This document shows positions 14,601 to 27,633 of a DNA stretch of 64,000 bases, in pieces (within the stretch, counting starts at the first letter, position 1; every line of letters starts with the position of its first letter). The position numbers and the translations under genes are program-made. The notes below the pieces were generated by a model. The model was not told the DNA's origin. It saw nothing but the letters and a program-made list of their open reading frames with translations, and made no database searches. This DNA comes from the human T2T-CHM13v2.0 reference genome, Homo sapiens: the NCBI RefSeq assembly GCF_009914755.1, contig NC_060935.1, one strand, 5' to 3'.

Positions 14601-15409
14601 ACTGAACTATTGGAATTGAAAAATTTACTACAGGAATTTCAAAATACAATTGAAAGCCTTGACAATAGACAAGGCCAAGCTAAGGAAAAAAATTCAGAGC
14701 TTGAAGCCCAGTCTTTCAAATCAACCCTGGCAGAAAAAAAAGAAAAAAAGAATTTTTAACAAATGAACAAAATCTCTGAAATATATGGGATTATGTAAAT
14801 AGACCAAACCTACAACTCACTGGCATTCCTCAAAGAGGAGGAGAGAGAGTAAACAACTAGGGAAACATATGTGAGGATACAGTCCATGAAAAAATTGCAA
14901 TCTTGCTACAGAGGTCAACATGCAAATTCAAGAAATTCAGAGAACCCCTGCAAGATACTATGCAAGATGACCATCCCTGAGACCCATAGCAATCCGACTT
15001 TCCAACATCAACATGAAAGAAAAACTCTTAAAGGTAGCTAGAGAAAAGGGTTAGATCACTTACAAAGAGAACCCCATTAGACAGAGTTCTCAACAGAAAC
15101 CTTACAAGCCAGAAGAGACTGGGGGCCTATTTTTAGCATCCTTAAAGAAACAAAATTCCAACCAAGAATTTCATATCCCACCAAACTAAGTTTCATAAGT
15201 GAAGCAGAAATATATTTTTTTGAGATAAGCAAATTTTAAGGGAATTCATTACCACTAGACCAGCCTTACAGTATATCCTTAAGTGAACTCTAAACACGGA
15301 AATGAAAGAATACCTGCTCCCACAAAAACACACTTAAGTACACAGCCCACAGAGCCTATAAAGGAACTACACAATTGAGACTACAAAGCAATCAGGTGAC
15401 TGCATCACA

Positions 15410-18400
15410 ACAGTATGACAATCGCACAGAAGCAATGTGAATCTGGAAATATAAGTGGCCTAAACACCCCACTTAAAAGGCACAGAATGATAAGTTGGAT
15501 TAAAGACTAAGACCCAACTGCCTCCTGTCTTTAAAAGACCCATCTCACATGTAATGACATTCATAGGCTCACAGTAAAAAGATGGAGAAAGATCTATCAC
15601 ACAAACAGAAAGCAAAAAAATAGTTACCCCTGGGTCACTATTTTTGTATCAGAGAAATTTTAAACCAACAACTTTAAAAAGGGACAAACAAGAGCATTAC
15701 ACAATGATAAAATGTTCAATTCAACAAGAAGACTTAACTCTCCCAAGTATGTATGCACCTAACATTGGTGCACTCAGATTCATAAAACAAGTACTTCCTG
15801 ACCCACAAAAAGACTTAGCTACATAAGAATAATTGGAGACTTCAACACCCCACTGGCAGCATTAGATCATTGAGGCAGAAAAGTAACAAAGACATTCTGG
15901 ACTTAAATTCAACACTCAACCAGTTAGACCTAATAGACACTTCACACAACAACAACAGAATATATGTCTTTCTCATCTGCACATGGAACATGCTCCAAGA
16001 CTGATCACATGTTTGGCCATAATGCAAGTCTCAATATGTTAGAAAAAACAAAATCATACCAAGTATACTCTCAGATCACAGTGGAATAAAAATTAATAGC
16101 AAGAAGATCTCTCAAAACCACAAAATTACACGGAAGTTAAACAACATGCTCCTCAATAACTTTTGGGTAAACAATGAAATTAAGGCAGAAATTAAAAATT
16201 ACTTTGAAATTAATGGAAACAGAGACAAAACATACCAACATCTCTGGGATACAGCAAAGCAGTATTAAGAAGCAAGTGTATAGCACTAAATGCCTAAAAA
16301 TTGTACTGAGAAGAACTAGAAAAATAAGAACCCCTAAAGCTAGCAAAAGAAAATAAATAACCAAAATCAGAGCAGAAGTGAATAAAATTGAGACCCAAAT
16401 ATTCATACAAATGACCAAAGCTTGGTTCTTTGAAATGATTAACAAGATTGATAGAGTGCTGGCTAGAATAACAAAGAAAAAAAGAAAAGATCCAAATAAG
16501 CACATTAAAAAATGACAAAGGTGACACTGCAACCAATGCCACAGAAATATAAAAGACCCTCAGAGACTATTATGAATACCACTTTGCACACAAACTAGAA
16601 AATCTAGAGGAAATGGATAAACTGCTGGAAACACACAACTCTCAAGACTGACCAAGGAAGAAACTGAAATACTGAACAGACCAATAATGAGTTCCAAAAG
16701 TGAATTAGTAATAAAAACTACCAACCAAAAAAGCCCTGGACCAGATAGAATCACAGCCAAATTCTATCAGTTGTACAAAGAAGAGCTGGTACCAATCCTA
16801 CTGAAACTATTCAAAACAATCAAGGACGAACTCCTATCTAACTCATTCTACAAAGGCAGCATCATCCTGATATCAAAATCTGGCAAAGACATAATGAAAA
16901 AAGAAAACTACAGGCCAATATCCCTGATGAACATAAATGTAAAAATCCTCAATAAAATACTAGCAAACCAAATCCAGCAGCACATAAAAAAATTAATTCA
17001 CCATGGTCAAGTAGGGATTATTCCTGGGATGCAGGGTTGGTTCAACATACACAAATCTTTAAATGTGATTCTCCATATAAATAGAATTTACATATGATAT
17101 GATCTCAATAGATACAGAAAAAGCTTTCAAAAAATCCAACATCCCTTCATGATAAAGACTCTCTACAAACTAGGCATCAAAGGAACATCTCAAATAGTAA
17201 GAGCCATGTATGACAAACCCACAGCCAACACCATGCTGAATGGGCGAAAGCTGGAAGCATTATCCTTGAGAACTGGAAGAAGACAAGTATACCCACTCTC
17301 ACCACTCCTAGTCAACACAGTACTGGAAGCCCTAGCCAGAGCAATCAGGCAAGAGAAAGAAATAAAAAGCATTCAAATAGGAAAAAGAGAAGTCAAACTA
17401 TCTTATTTCACTGACTATACGACTGTATACCTAGAAAATCCTAAAGATTCTGCTAACAAGCTCCTGGAACTGATAAGCAACGTCAGTAAAGTTTCAGCAT
17501 ACAAAAATCAATTGTACAAAAATCAGTAGTATTTCTATACACCAATAACATTCAAGCTGAGAGCCAAATCAAGAATATAATCCTATTACAATCCCATTTA
17601 GCCACACAAAGAAACAAAATACCCAGGAGTACCTCTAACGAAGGAGATGAAAGACCTCTGTAAGGAAAACTAAAGAACACTGCTCAAAGGTATCAGAGAT
17701 GACACAAACGGAAAAACATTCCATGCTTATGGATTGGAAGAACCAACATCATTTAAATGGCCATACTGCCTGTAGCAATCTACATATTCAATACCATTCT
17801 TCTCAAATTACCAATGTCATTTTTCACAGAATTAGAAGAAACTATTCTAAAATTCATATGGAACCAAAAATGAGCCCAAATAGCCAAAGCAGCCCTAAGC
17901 AAAAAGGACAAAGTTGGAGGCATCACACTACTGGACTTCAAGCTGTAAGGATACAGTAACCAAAACAGCAAGGTACTGATACAAAAACAGATACATAGAC
18001 GAATGGAACATAGTAGAGAACCAGAAATAAAGCCACACACCTACACTCACCTGATCTTTGACAAAGCTGACAAAAATAAACAATGTCGAAAGGACTCCCT
18101 ATTCAATAAATGGTGCTGGGTAACTGACTAGCCATATGCAGAAGAATGACATTGGACCCTTAGCTCTCATCATATGCAAAAATTAACTCAAAATATATTA
18201 AATGCTCAATACCCCAAATTATAAAATCTTAGAAGAAAACCTAGGTAATATTCTTCTCGACATCAGTGTTGGCAAAGAATTTATGGCTAAGTTCTCAAAA
18301 GCAGTTGCAACAAAAAACAAATATTGACAAGTGGCACCTAATTAAACTAAAGAGTTTCTGCACAGCAAAAGAAAATGTCAGAAGAGTAAATGGACAACCT

Positions 18401-18840
18401 ACAGAATAGGAGAAAATTTTTGCAAATTATGAATCCAAGAAAGGTCTAATATCCAGACTCTATAAGGAACTTGAACAAATCAATGAACAAAAAAAAGAAA
18501 AACATTTAAAAGTGGGCAAAGGACATTAACAGACACTTCTCAAAAGAAGTCATACCAACATCCAACAAATATATGGAAAAATGCTCATTATCGCTAATCA
18601 TCAGAGAAACACAAATCAAAACCACAGTGAGATACCATCTCATGCCAGTCAGAATGGCTATTATTAAAAAGTAAAAATATAAGACATGCTGGTGGGGCTG
18701 TGAAGAAAAGGGAATGCTTATACATTGTTAGTGGGAATGTAAATTAGTTCAGCCACTGTGGAAAGCAATTTGGAGATTTCTCAAAGAACTATTAATAAAA
18801 GTAGAATTACCATTTGACCCAGCAATCCCATTACTTGGTA
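15410..18840 (+). pseudogene. Disrupted L1 ORF2 (endonuclease/reverse transcriptase)
   Basis: Many stops and frameshifts; the RT catalytic FADD motif reads FTDY in ORF 17149-17529. Confidence 0.85.
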
Positions 18841-18846
18841 TAAACC

Positions 18847-19958
18847 TATATTAGTCAGGGTTCTCTAGAGGGACAGAACTAATAGAATATATATTCTACA
18901 GAATATATATATTCTATTCTACATATATTCTACAGAATACGTATATTCTATTCTACATATATTCTACAGAATACGTATATTCTATTCTACATATATTCTA
19001 CAGAATACGTATATTCTATTCTACATATATTCTACAGAATACGTATATTCTATTCTACATATATTCTACAGAATACGTATATTCTATTCTACATATATTC
19101 TACAGAATACGTATATTCTATTCTACATATATTCTACAGAATACGTATATTCTATTCTACATATATTCTACAGAATACGTATATTCTATTCTACATATAT
19201 TCTACAGAATACGTATATTCTATTCTACATATATTCTACAGAATACGTATATTCTATTCTACATATATTCTACAGAATACGTATATTCTATTCTACATAT
19301 ATTCTATAGAATATATTCTATTCTACATATATTCTATAGAATATATTCTATTCTACATATATTCTATAGAATATATTCTATTCTACATATATTCTATAGA
19401 ATATATTCTATTCTATATATATTCTATAGAATATATTCTATTCTATATATATTCTATAGAATATATTCTATTCTATATATATTCTATAGAATATATATAT
19501 TCTATTCTATATATATTCTATTCTATATATATTCTATTCTATATATATTCTATATATATTCAAATATATATATTTGAGTTTATTAAGTATTAACTCTCAC
19601 AATCACAAGGCCCCACAATAGGCCATCTGCAGGCTGAGGAGAAAGGAGAGCCAGTCCCAGTTCCAAAACTGAAGAACTTAGAGTCAGATGTTCAAGGGCA
19701 GGAAGCATTCAGCATGGGAGAAAGATGTAGGCTGGGAGGCTAGGCCAGTCTCTCTTTTCCATTCTTCTGCCTGCTTATATTCTAGCCCCACTGGCAGCTG
19801 ATTAGATGGTGCCCACCCAGATTAAGGGTGGGTCTGTCTTTCCCAGCCCACTGACTCAATTATTAATCCCCTTTGGCAACATCCTCACAGACACATCCAG
19901 GATCAATACTTTGTATGCTTCAATGCGATCAAGTTGAGACTCAGTATTAACCATCACA
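18847..19958 (-). mobile_element. MLT2A1-type (HERV-L) solo LTR
   Basis: Ends tatattagtcagggttctctagagggacagaac ... cagtattaaccatcaca; 5-bp TSD aaacc/atacc within L1 ggtatatacccaaagg. Confidence 0.9.
18885..19575. repeat. AT-rich minisatellite: 11 x 34 bp (tacagaatacgtatattctattctacatatattc), then ~6 x 30 bp, then shorter degenerate units
   Basis: 34-bp units start at 18931, 18965, 18999 ... 19271; 30-bp units start at 19305, 19335 ... 19455. Confidence 0.97.
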
Positions 19959-22211
19959 ATACCCAAAGGAAAATAAATCATTCTGCCAAAAAGACATAGG
20001 CAACTGTGTGTTCATTGCATCATTGTTCACAACGGCAAAGACATGGAATCAACCTAGGTACTCATCAGCAGTGGCTTGGATAAAGAAATATGGTACACAT
20101 ACACCATAGAATACTACACAGCCATAAAAAAATGAGATCATGTCCTCTGTAGCAACATAAATGCAGCTGGAGGCCATTATCCTAAAAGAACTACGGCAGA
20201 AACAGGAAACCAAATATAGCATGTTCTCACAAGTGGGAGCTAAACACTGGACACACATAAACATAAAGATGGAAACAATAGACACCAGGGACTCCTCCAA
20301 GGAGGAGGGGGCAGGGGTTAAAAATTCCCTATTGGGTAGCATGCTCACTATCAGCGTGATGGGTTCAATCACACCCAAACCTCAGCATCATGCGATCTAC
20401 CCTTGTCACAAATCTGCACATGTACCCCTTGAGTCTAAAATAAAAGTTGAAGGAAAAAGATATACACGAAGAAAAACACACTTACACATCAAAGTAAAAT
20501 CACTGAAAAGCAACAATGACGAGAAAAACAAAAGCATCTAGCAGAAAAAAGACAAGTTCCCTTCAAAAGAGCTACACAGACTGATGGCTGACTTCTCAAT
20601 CCACACAGTAACGGTCCCCCCCAGAATGCAAGTACTGCAGACACCTATAAAGCACTGAAAGAGAAAAAAAAATCTAGAAGTCTTCTTTAAAGTGCCAAAA
20701 GAAAAAAAACCTGTCAACCGGGAATTTTTTCACAGTTAAAAATAGTCTTCAAACGTGAATTCTTCCATGTCTTTCATAACATAGAAAGATACAGCTTCTA
20801 CATCAAAATAAAGACACTTACAAGCAAACAAAAAGGGAGAGAAGTTGTTCCCAGAAAGCCTTCACTGAAAGAAATTAAAGGAAAATGATGCCAGATGGAA
20901 AAAGAGAAATGAAGAACAATGTAAATAGCAAATATGTGAGTAAATTCAAATTAATATCAACTTTAAAGCAATAAGAATAATATCATCAATTTTAAAAAAT
21001 GTAAAAGTCTGTAATCATAATTAATAACAGAAAAAGTAAAAGGAGGGTAAGTGGAGTTAAAGTATTCTAAGATCCTAACATCATCTGGGAAGAAGTGAAA
21101 ATCCTAATTTATTTTAAGTTCTAATATGTCCCAGATGCATGTTATAATCTCAAGGGTAATCACTAAAGAATAAATAGTAACAAGATATTAGAGGGTTAGA
21201 ATAGGAAAACAAGAACTGAATAATGTAAATGAGGCATGAACAGAGAAAAATGAATACAGTATAGGTGGGGCACATAGGAAATAAGTAGTAAGATGGTAAA
21301 TTGAAATGATAATTATATTAAATGTAATGATCTACATACTGAAATAGAAGGTAAAGATTTCGAGGCTGAACTAGAAAAACAAAAAGCAATTATATTCTCT
21401 TTACAAGAGACACGTCTTAAATATAAGGACACAGAGTTTAAAGTGGGAGACTAACATACTTCTATCAGTAATTGATACAACAAGCAGACAAAAAAATCAG
21501 TAAGAATAGAGATTTAAACTACATGATTAATAAACTTGACCTAATTGATATATATAAAACTCTATACCCAATAATCTCAGGATATGCATTTTTTAAGGGC
21601 ACAGGGAACATTTACCAAACAGATCATAAGCTGGGCCATAAAGAGATGTCAATGAATTTAAAAGGATTGAAATCATTCAGTGAATATCCTCTGACCACAG
21701 TAGAATTGAGTTAAAAAGCTACAACAGAAAGATAATTGGAAAATCTGAAAATGTTTAGAAACTAAGCAAAGCATTTGTAAATAATTTATAGCTCAAGGGA
21801 GAAATTACAATGGAAATTAGAAAATATTTTTCAATGAATGGCAAAAATAGAACATATCAAAACTTACAGCATGAAGCTAGTAATGCTTACAGAAGAATTT
21901 TGGCTGCAAGAACAAATAGTGGGAAGGGGAAAAAGCTGAAAATCAACCATCTGAAGAAGTAAAAATGAACAAAACCCAAAGAAATCAGACAGGAAACAAT
22001 AAAATTAAGAACAGAAATCAGTGTAACAGAAATAAATGTACAATTGAGAAAAATCAACAAAACCAAAAATTATTTCTTTGTTAAGATGAATACAATTGAT
22101 AAGACTGATGGAGAACAAATCCACAAATGATCTACATGAACAATGAAAAGGAGACATATTACTATTTATTGATGCTACAACACTTTAAAAAATTGTTTAA
22201 ATGATACTAAA

Positions 22212-22490
22212 GGCCAGCCACAGTGCTTCACGCCTGTAATCCCACCTTGGCCTCCCAAAGTGTTGGGAGGATCACTTGAACCCAGGAGTTCAAGATCAGC
22301 CTGGGCAACATAGGGAAACCCTGTCTCTACAAAAAATTAGCCAGGCATGGCTGCTCGCACTTGTAGTCCCAGCTACTCAGGAGGCTGAGGTGGGAGGATC
22401 GCTTAAGCCCAGAGGGTCGAGGGTGCAGTGAATACTGATCGTGCCACTGCCCTCTGGCAGAGACAGACCCTGTCACCAAAGGAAAAAAAA
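22212..22490 (+). mobile_element. AluJ with an internal 19-bp inversion
   Basis: AluJ diagnostics ggaggatcacttgaacccaggagttcaagatcagcctgggcaacatag; left-arm segment inverted (see findings). Confidence 0.9.
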
Positions 22491-22574
22491 ATTGGCCATT
22501 TTATCTTCAAGACTTTGGTGTGTGCAAAGACTATCAGGACTCAAAAAGGCAAATATAGATACATGGGACTATGT

Positions 22575-22811
22575 CAGTGTTTTCCAACCTCTTAAAATTA
22601 TAGCCCCTAAGAAGCCTTTTAAATTTTTTTCTCCTAATCTCCATACCCCCTGCCTCATAAAATTTTAATACCACAGATATACTGTGTATCTGTTTACGTA
22701 TTGTATTCCTTTGAAGGGTCACAAACCAATTCCAACAACTAAGACTTTGTTATGCCCCCCAAGACCAATTTATACCCCATGAGGAAAATATAGCCCCGTT
22801 AAGAATCTGTG
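22575..22811. mobile_element. hAT-type DNA transposon MITE
   Basis: Begins cagtgttttccaacc, ends gttaagaatctgtg; 8-bp flanks gactatgt/gactacat, the TSD length typical of hAT elements. Confidence 0.55.
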
Positions 22812-23939
22812 GACTACATTAATGTTAAGAATGCTGATTTATTAGAAGACACCATTGAACAAGTGATAGAGGAGAAGAAGATATTGACAATACATAAGAT
22901 AGTTATAAAGAATATATAAAGAAATCCTAGAAACAATAATTAAAAGATAGACAATACCCACCCCAACCCCTAAATGGGCAAAATAATTGAACAAGAAATT
23001 CACAAAAAAAGGATTTATCAATTGCCATTAAAATATAGAAAGAGGCACAATCCTGTTAGTCACCAGGAAAATACAAATTAAAATCACCATGGAGTCCTAC
23101 CACATACCCACCAGAGTGGCTAAAATTTAAGACTGAAAATATCAAGCCCTGGCAGAGATATGGAGAAAGAGGAACTCACACACTGCTGGTCTAATTGAGG
23201 CAATAACTTTGGAGAACTGGCAGTATTTACTAAAACTGACCATGATCATACCATATAACCCAGCAATTCCACTCCTAACTTTTTATACCCAAAAGAAATG
23301 CTACATATGTTGAAATTCTTGTGTAGTTTAGCCAGGTTGCTGGATACAGGAAAAAAAAAAAAAAAACATGGAGAAGAATGTTCACAGCAGCGCTATTTGT
23401 AATCAGCCAAAACTAGAAACACTCCAAAGATCTATCAGAAATTGAGTCGACAAATAAATTGTTGCATAATCATACCATGGAAAACTCCACAACAATGAAA
23501 ATGAGTGAACTATTGCTATTTGCACAATGTGAATCTTACATATGATGTTGAGTGCAAGAAACCAAACACACGTGCAAAAATACATATACCATTATTTAAT
23601 TTATACAAATTCCAAACACAGGTAAAACCAAATAATGATGATAAAAGACAGTATTATGTTTGGGGAAGAGGTGGGTAATGACTGGGAGTTGGGCGTAGGG
23701 GGCTTCTGGGTTCTAGTACTGTTCTGTTCTTTGACCTGGGTGGTGGTTACATGGATGTGTGTGAAAATGCATTGAGCTGAACAATTGGGATTTGTGTACT
23801 TTTCTCTACCTATGTAATGCATACACAAAAAGTTCTCTTACAACAAGGCTGGATGGACTGGAGGAAGAAGGCTTGAGACAAGAGTTTCATGGGAGAAAAT
23901 TTAAGAAAAATTTATGTGAAAAATGTATTAGTTTTGAAA

Positions 23940-24060
23940 CTGTAGTGGAAAGAGTCCTGTTAAGAGTCAGGAAACCTGAGCTCTCATCTGTGTAGTGTTG
24001 AACCATCATCAACTCTCTCCGGCCTCAGTTTCCTTATCTGTAAAATGGCTGTGCAGGTTC
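23940..24060 (+). mobile_element. MIR fragment
   Basis: ctctctccggcctcagtttccttatctgtaaaatgg core. Confidence 0.75.
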
Positions 24061-24699
24061 CAGATTTGAAACATGATTTTATCACAAACTTGTGTGTGAT
24101 AAGTAGGAAAGCTTTGGTCTCTCCTGCCATAATCCATGCCCATACATCATGTGTCATTATTTGTAACCTCACTTGCCAATGGCATTTACATTCTAGGAAA
24201 TTATTAACACCCTAGAATCCCATGTTGTATCCTTTTTTCTTCCTCCCCCTCCAAAGGTATCCTGATGTCTACCACCCTCAATCAGCTTTGCTTGTTGGCA
24301 GGTATCTGTCTTTACTCTTCCAATCAGCCTGCTTTCTGTCCGGGGTCCTTGTAAAACCTGGAGTGGAGTGTGTGGAAGCAGTCCACTCTCTCACTCATAA
24401 GGCACCTGCAGGGCTCTTCCTTGTCTTTTTCCTTTCCTGAACAGTTTAATACTAACAGCATTAGGAGGGTTTGGGAGGTAGGTATCCGTGCAATGGTGGG
24501 GGTAGGGACAGGAAGTAGTGAGCTGCAGTGGCTCAGAGCAGAGTCGGAGCCTGAGCAGGGTAAGGAGGGTGCCCACGTAACGAGAGGTGACCTAGCACAG
24601 GACGGCAGAGTCTCAGTGGGGCGGAAGGGCATTTGCATGGGAGAGGAGAAGGGGCCACAATTGGAGACTGGTTGCATACAGAGGGACTGACCAAATAAA

Positions 24700-26570
24700 A
24701 CAGTACATTAAAGATAGTGGGAGACAGTGTTTTCACTGTTGGAGAAGGCAGCTATGAATATGGAAAGGAGAAAATGAGAATGAACTCTATGGTGTTGGAC
24801 TGAAGATAGTGGTATTGGAGTGAATTCATGGTCACCGATACATAGACAGATGTAGAAATACAGATATAAGTGTGTGTGTGTGTGTGTGTGTGTCTGCACA
24901 TGCACATGTATGCACGTCCTCTCCTCTGTCTGCTGAGAAGGCCTGAGGGCAGTGACACTCAAAGGCAATGAGCACACTTAGCACCCAGATCTTGGTGACT
25001 AAATACCACACATCAGTAAAAGAAACCAGGGCTTACTGGAGAAATGCATGATTCCTGGGGCCAGGAAAGTACAAGAAGAACCTGGAGCGTCTTGTGTCAG
25101 AAAGTCAGGAGGTACCCAGTGAAGAATGAGGATTCGTCTAAAGGACACAGGAACCATATTGAAAAGGTTCCCGCTAGCCAAATCTGGGACAATTTGTGCA
25201 TAAAATAAATAGTAATAGTGGTTGGGCCCAGAAAACAATACCCCAAAGTGAAGGCCTCAGATTCAGCCTCAGAAGGAAAGTTTCTCTTTGACCTTCTCCT
25301 GCCCATCTGTCTCTCACCCCTCATCCTCCCATGAAGCAAGCCATGGAAATCAGAATTCGTCTTCCTCAAGGCGGGTTATAGAAGCCAGAACCCCTTTCCC
25401 CTAAAGCCAGCCATAAAGCCTGAAAATATTACTCTAACCTTTCCTACCTTTCTATGTAACAGCTGTCCATGAAGAAAGTAAAAGCCTCATTCCAGAAAAG
25501 TCCTACCCCATATCTAGGAGGAAGAAATGCTACAACAAAGAGGCCAACAAGAATCCAGACAGGCCCTGCTGGGTTCCCCCACTGTCTGTGACAATCAGCT
25601 CATACCTCACATTTCTACACAGCTGTCCTTGCTTCATCGAACCTAAGCATAAAATCACACAGCTTCCCTTGTACCTTTGCATCTTCATTCTTGTGTCCTT
25701 TGTCACATAAAACTATGGCCAAATACATTTGTTATGCTTTTCTTTTGTTAATCTGTTATAGGGGTGTCAGCAGTGATCCTTATAATGGGGAGGAAAGGGA
25801 TCTTGCCCTTTCGACCCCTACAATAGTAATCATTTTAACCTGGGGGGAAAAAGTAGGAAACCTTGTATCCAAATGGATATAAATAGATAAAGGAATAAAT
25901 GTAAAGTTTGATGAGGAATGGGATACTGATAGTCTCAAATCCCTTCTCCCCATTATTACCTACAATAGGGAAAAGAATTACTTCACACGGAGAAGGCTGG
26001 CAGATACCACCTTAATCAAATAATCAAAAGAAACATCATCAGAAATGAGACATATTTACATTTTTGTCACTCTGACAGGGTTTAATAGGAAGGACCCAGC
26101 ATCCTACCTTCACATTCCTGTCAAAGATGCATAACATGAACCCCAGCGAGAGGATCCATCAGGCAAACCCAAACTGAAGTGCATTCAACAGAAAAATTGG
26201 CTTGTAATCTTCAAAAGTGTTAGATAATGGAAGTCAAGAAAAAAACTAAGGAATTGTTTCAGAGTGAAGAAGAGGAAAGAGATAATGACAACTAAATGCA
26301 AGGTGGGATCCTAGACTGGATTCTTTCTTAAAGAAAGGACATTATTGGAACAATGATTGAAACTCAATTGGTGTATAAGGAGTAGACAACATCTGTTGTA
26401 ATGCAGCAATGCTAATGTCCTGGTGTTGATTGTGTTATGGCTGTGTGGGGGAATATCCTTGCCTGTGGGAAACACTGAAGAACTTGGGGTGATGGGCCTC
26501 AGATGGTTCAGGGGAGAAGCTCTTTGTATTGTACGTGAAACTTTCCATAAGTTTGGGAAATTGTTTCAAA
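24700..26570 (+). mobile_element. L1MC/L1MD-type long 3'UTR fragment, split by an LTR; (GT)n at ~24870-24892
   Basis: Motifs gagcacacttagcacccagatcttgg, ggcagataccaccttaatcaa and gacaactaaatgcaaggtgggatcctagactgga. Confidence 0.75.
25219..25822 (+). mobile_element. Solo ERV1 LTR (MER39/MER34 group)
   Basis: tg...gggcccagaaaacaataccccaaagtgaaggcctcaga ... cccctaca; exact 4-bp TSD atag (25215-25218, 25823-25826). Confidence 0.85.
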
Positions 26571-27633
26571 AGAGAGAGCATCACCGGGGTGCTTAATTTA
26601 TCTCTACATGTATTCAGTGCAGTGTGGAGCACCTGCTATATGCTGGGTACCAGGGATGCAAGGACACATTCCTGGTTTAAAGAGCTCATGGTCTGAGCAG
26701 AAACTCATTTTCAACATGCATTCAACTAGTACTGGTTGAATACCTGCTCTGTGAGCCAAATAAACATCCCTGCTCTCAAGGAGCTTATAGTCTACCAGTA
26801 GGTTAAAATATTTGTTGGGTTAGACTCGATATATGCTCTAGAAGGATCCAGACTTGAAACCAGATGAACCAAATTGCTTTTCCAGCATTACTATACTCAA
26901 TGGCTCTGGGGTCTTGAAGAGATCAGTGAACTGCCCCAAGGCCCAGTCAGCTTGTCTATGAGATAAAGTCTGTAATTCCTTCTTCATGGGATTTGGTGTG
27001 AAGATGGAAAAAAGATGTAAAGATACTTCATACAACAACATGTAAATGCTTTTTGGCGGTGGCCTTCTGTTCTGAGTTATGTAAACTTTGGGGTCTAGCT
27101 GGGAAGAATCTCAGTGCACCCTCTTTCAACAATAGGCAGAGCACGTGCAGGAACCACCAATGCTTCCCCAGCCAGGGTATTTTGGGGCCAGGAACTCCAG
27201 GTGTGTGGGGAGAGGGAAGGAGTGGAAGTGTCCTGCCCCTACACATCCTGGATACCCAGTTTGCTAGTCAGCACTGGGCTGGGGTCAGGGTGAATTGGCC
27301 TGTGCTTCTGGTAACAGCCCCCTACCCCTGCTGGACATGCAGGGGCTGCAATGCCCTTTAGTCTCTGAGGTTTTCACAGTCCACACAGGCCCTGGATTCC
27401 TCTTGGGCACAACTTCAGAAATAATTTTGGCTCCACGTCTTTTTTTTTTTTTTTTAAGATTCACAAAAACTACTTTATGTCTTAAATATATTTGTTCAGT
27501 TTTAATATCAATATTTGAATAATATATTAATATGATTCATATTATTCAATGAAAGGTATATCTTCCATAGTCACCCATCTCTCCTCCCAGGAGTTAACCA
27601 GTATTATATTTTCTTATGTATGCTTCCAGAGAC

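Larger units (their letters stand above)
12584..20450 (+). mobile_element. Near-full-length L1PA16-type LINE-1 (5'UTR ~12584-14340, decayed ORF1 and ORF2, 3'UTR), interrupted by MLT2A1
   Basis: 5' gggacaagatggccaactagacgcagcc. ORF2 fragments [14 protein letters not shown]...[10 protein letters not shown] and [13 protein letters not shown]1PA15-17-type 3' end caaacctcagcatcatgcg...gtctaaaataaaagttgaa. Confidence 0.9.
8220..23830 (+). mobile_element. Ancient L1M (L1ME-like) element in pieces: ~8220-8697, 11675-12570, 20455-22210, 22490-22574, 22812-23830
   Basis: Collinear 5'UTR/ORF1-like sequence. Endonuclease remnant at 21472-21714 (INKLDLIDIYKTLYP...YAFFKGTGNIYQTDHKLGHK). L1ME-type 3' end (cttgacctgggtggtggttacatgg...gtgtacttttct). 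Confidence 0.65.

Noticed and set aside
18885-19575. CRISPR-like array of ~34-bp palindromic repeats
   Set aside because: Units are directly adjacent with no unique spacers, there are no cas genes, and the context is a primate LTR; it is a minisatellite.
12584-20450. Active LINE-1 or novel reverse-transcriptase system
   Set aside because: Both large L1s have many stops and frameshifts; the catalytic motif is mutated here and deleted in the 53.8-59.0 kb copy.
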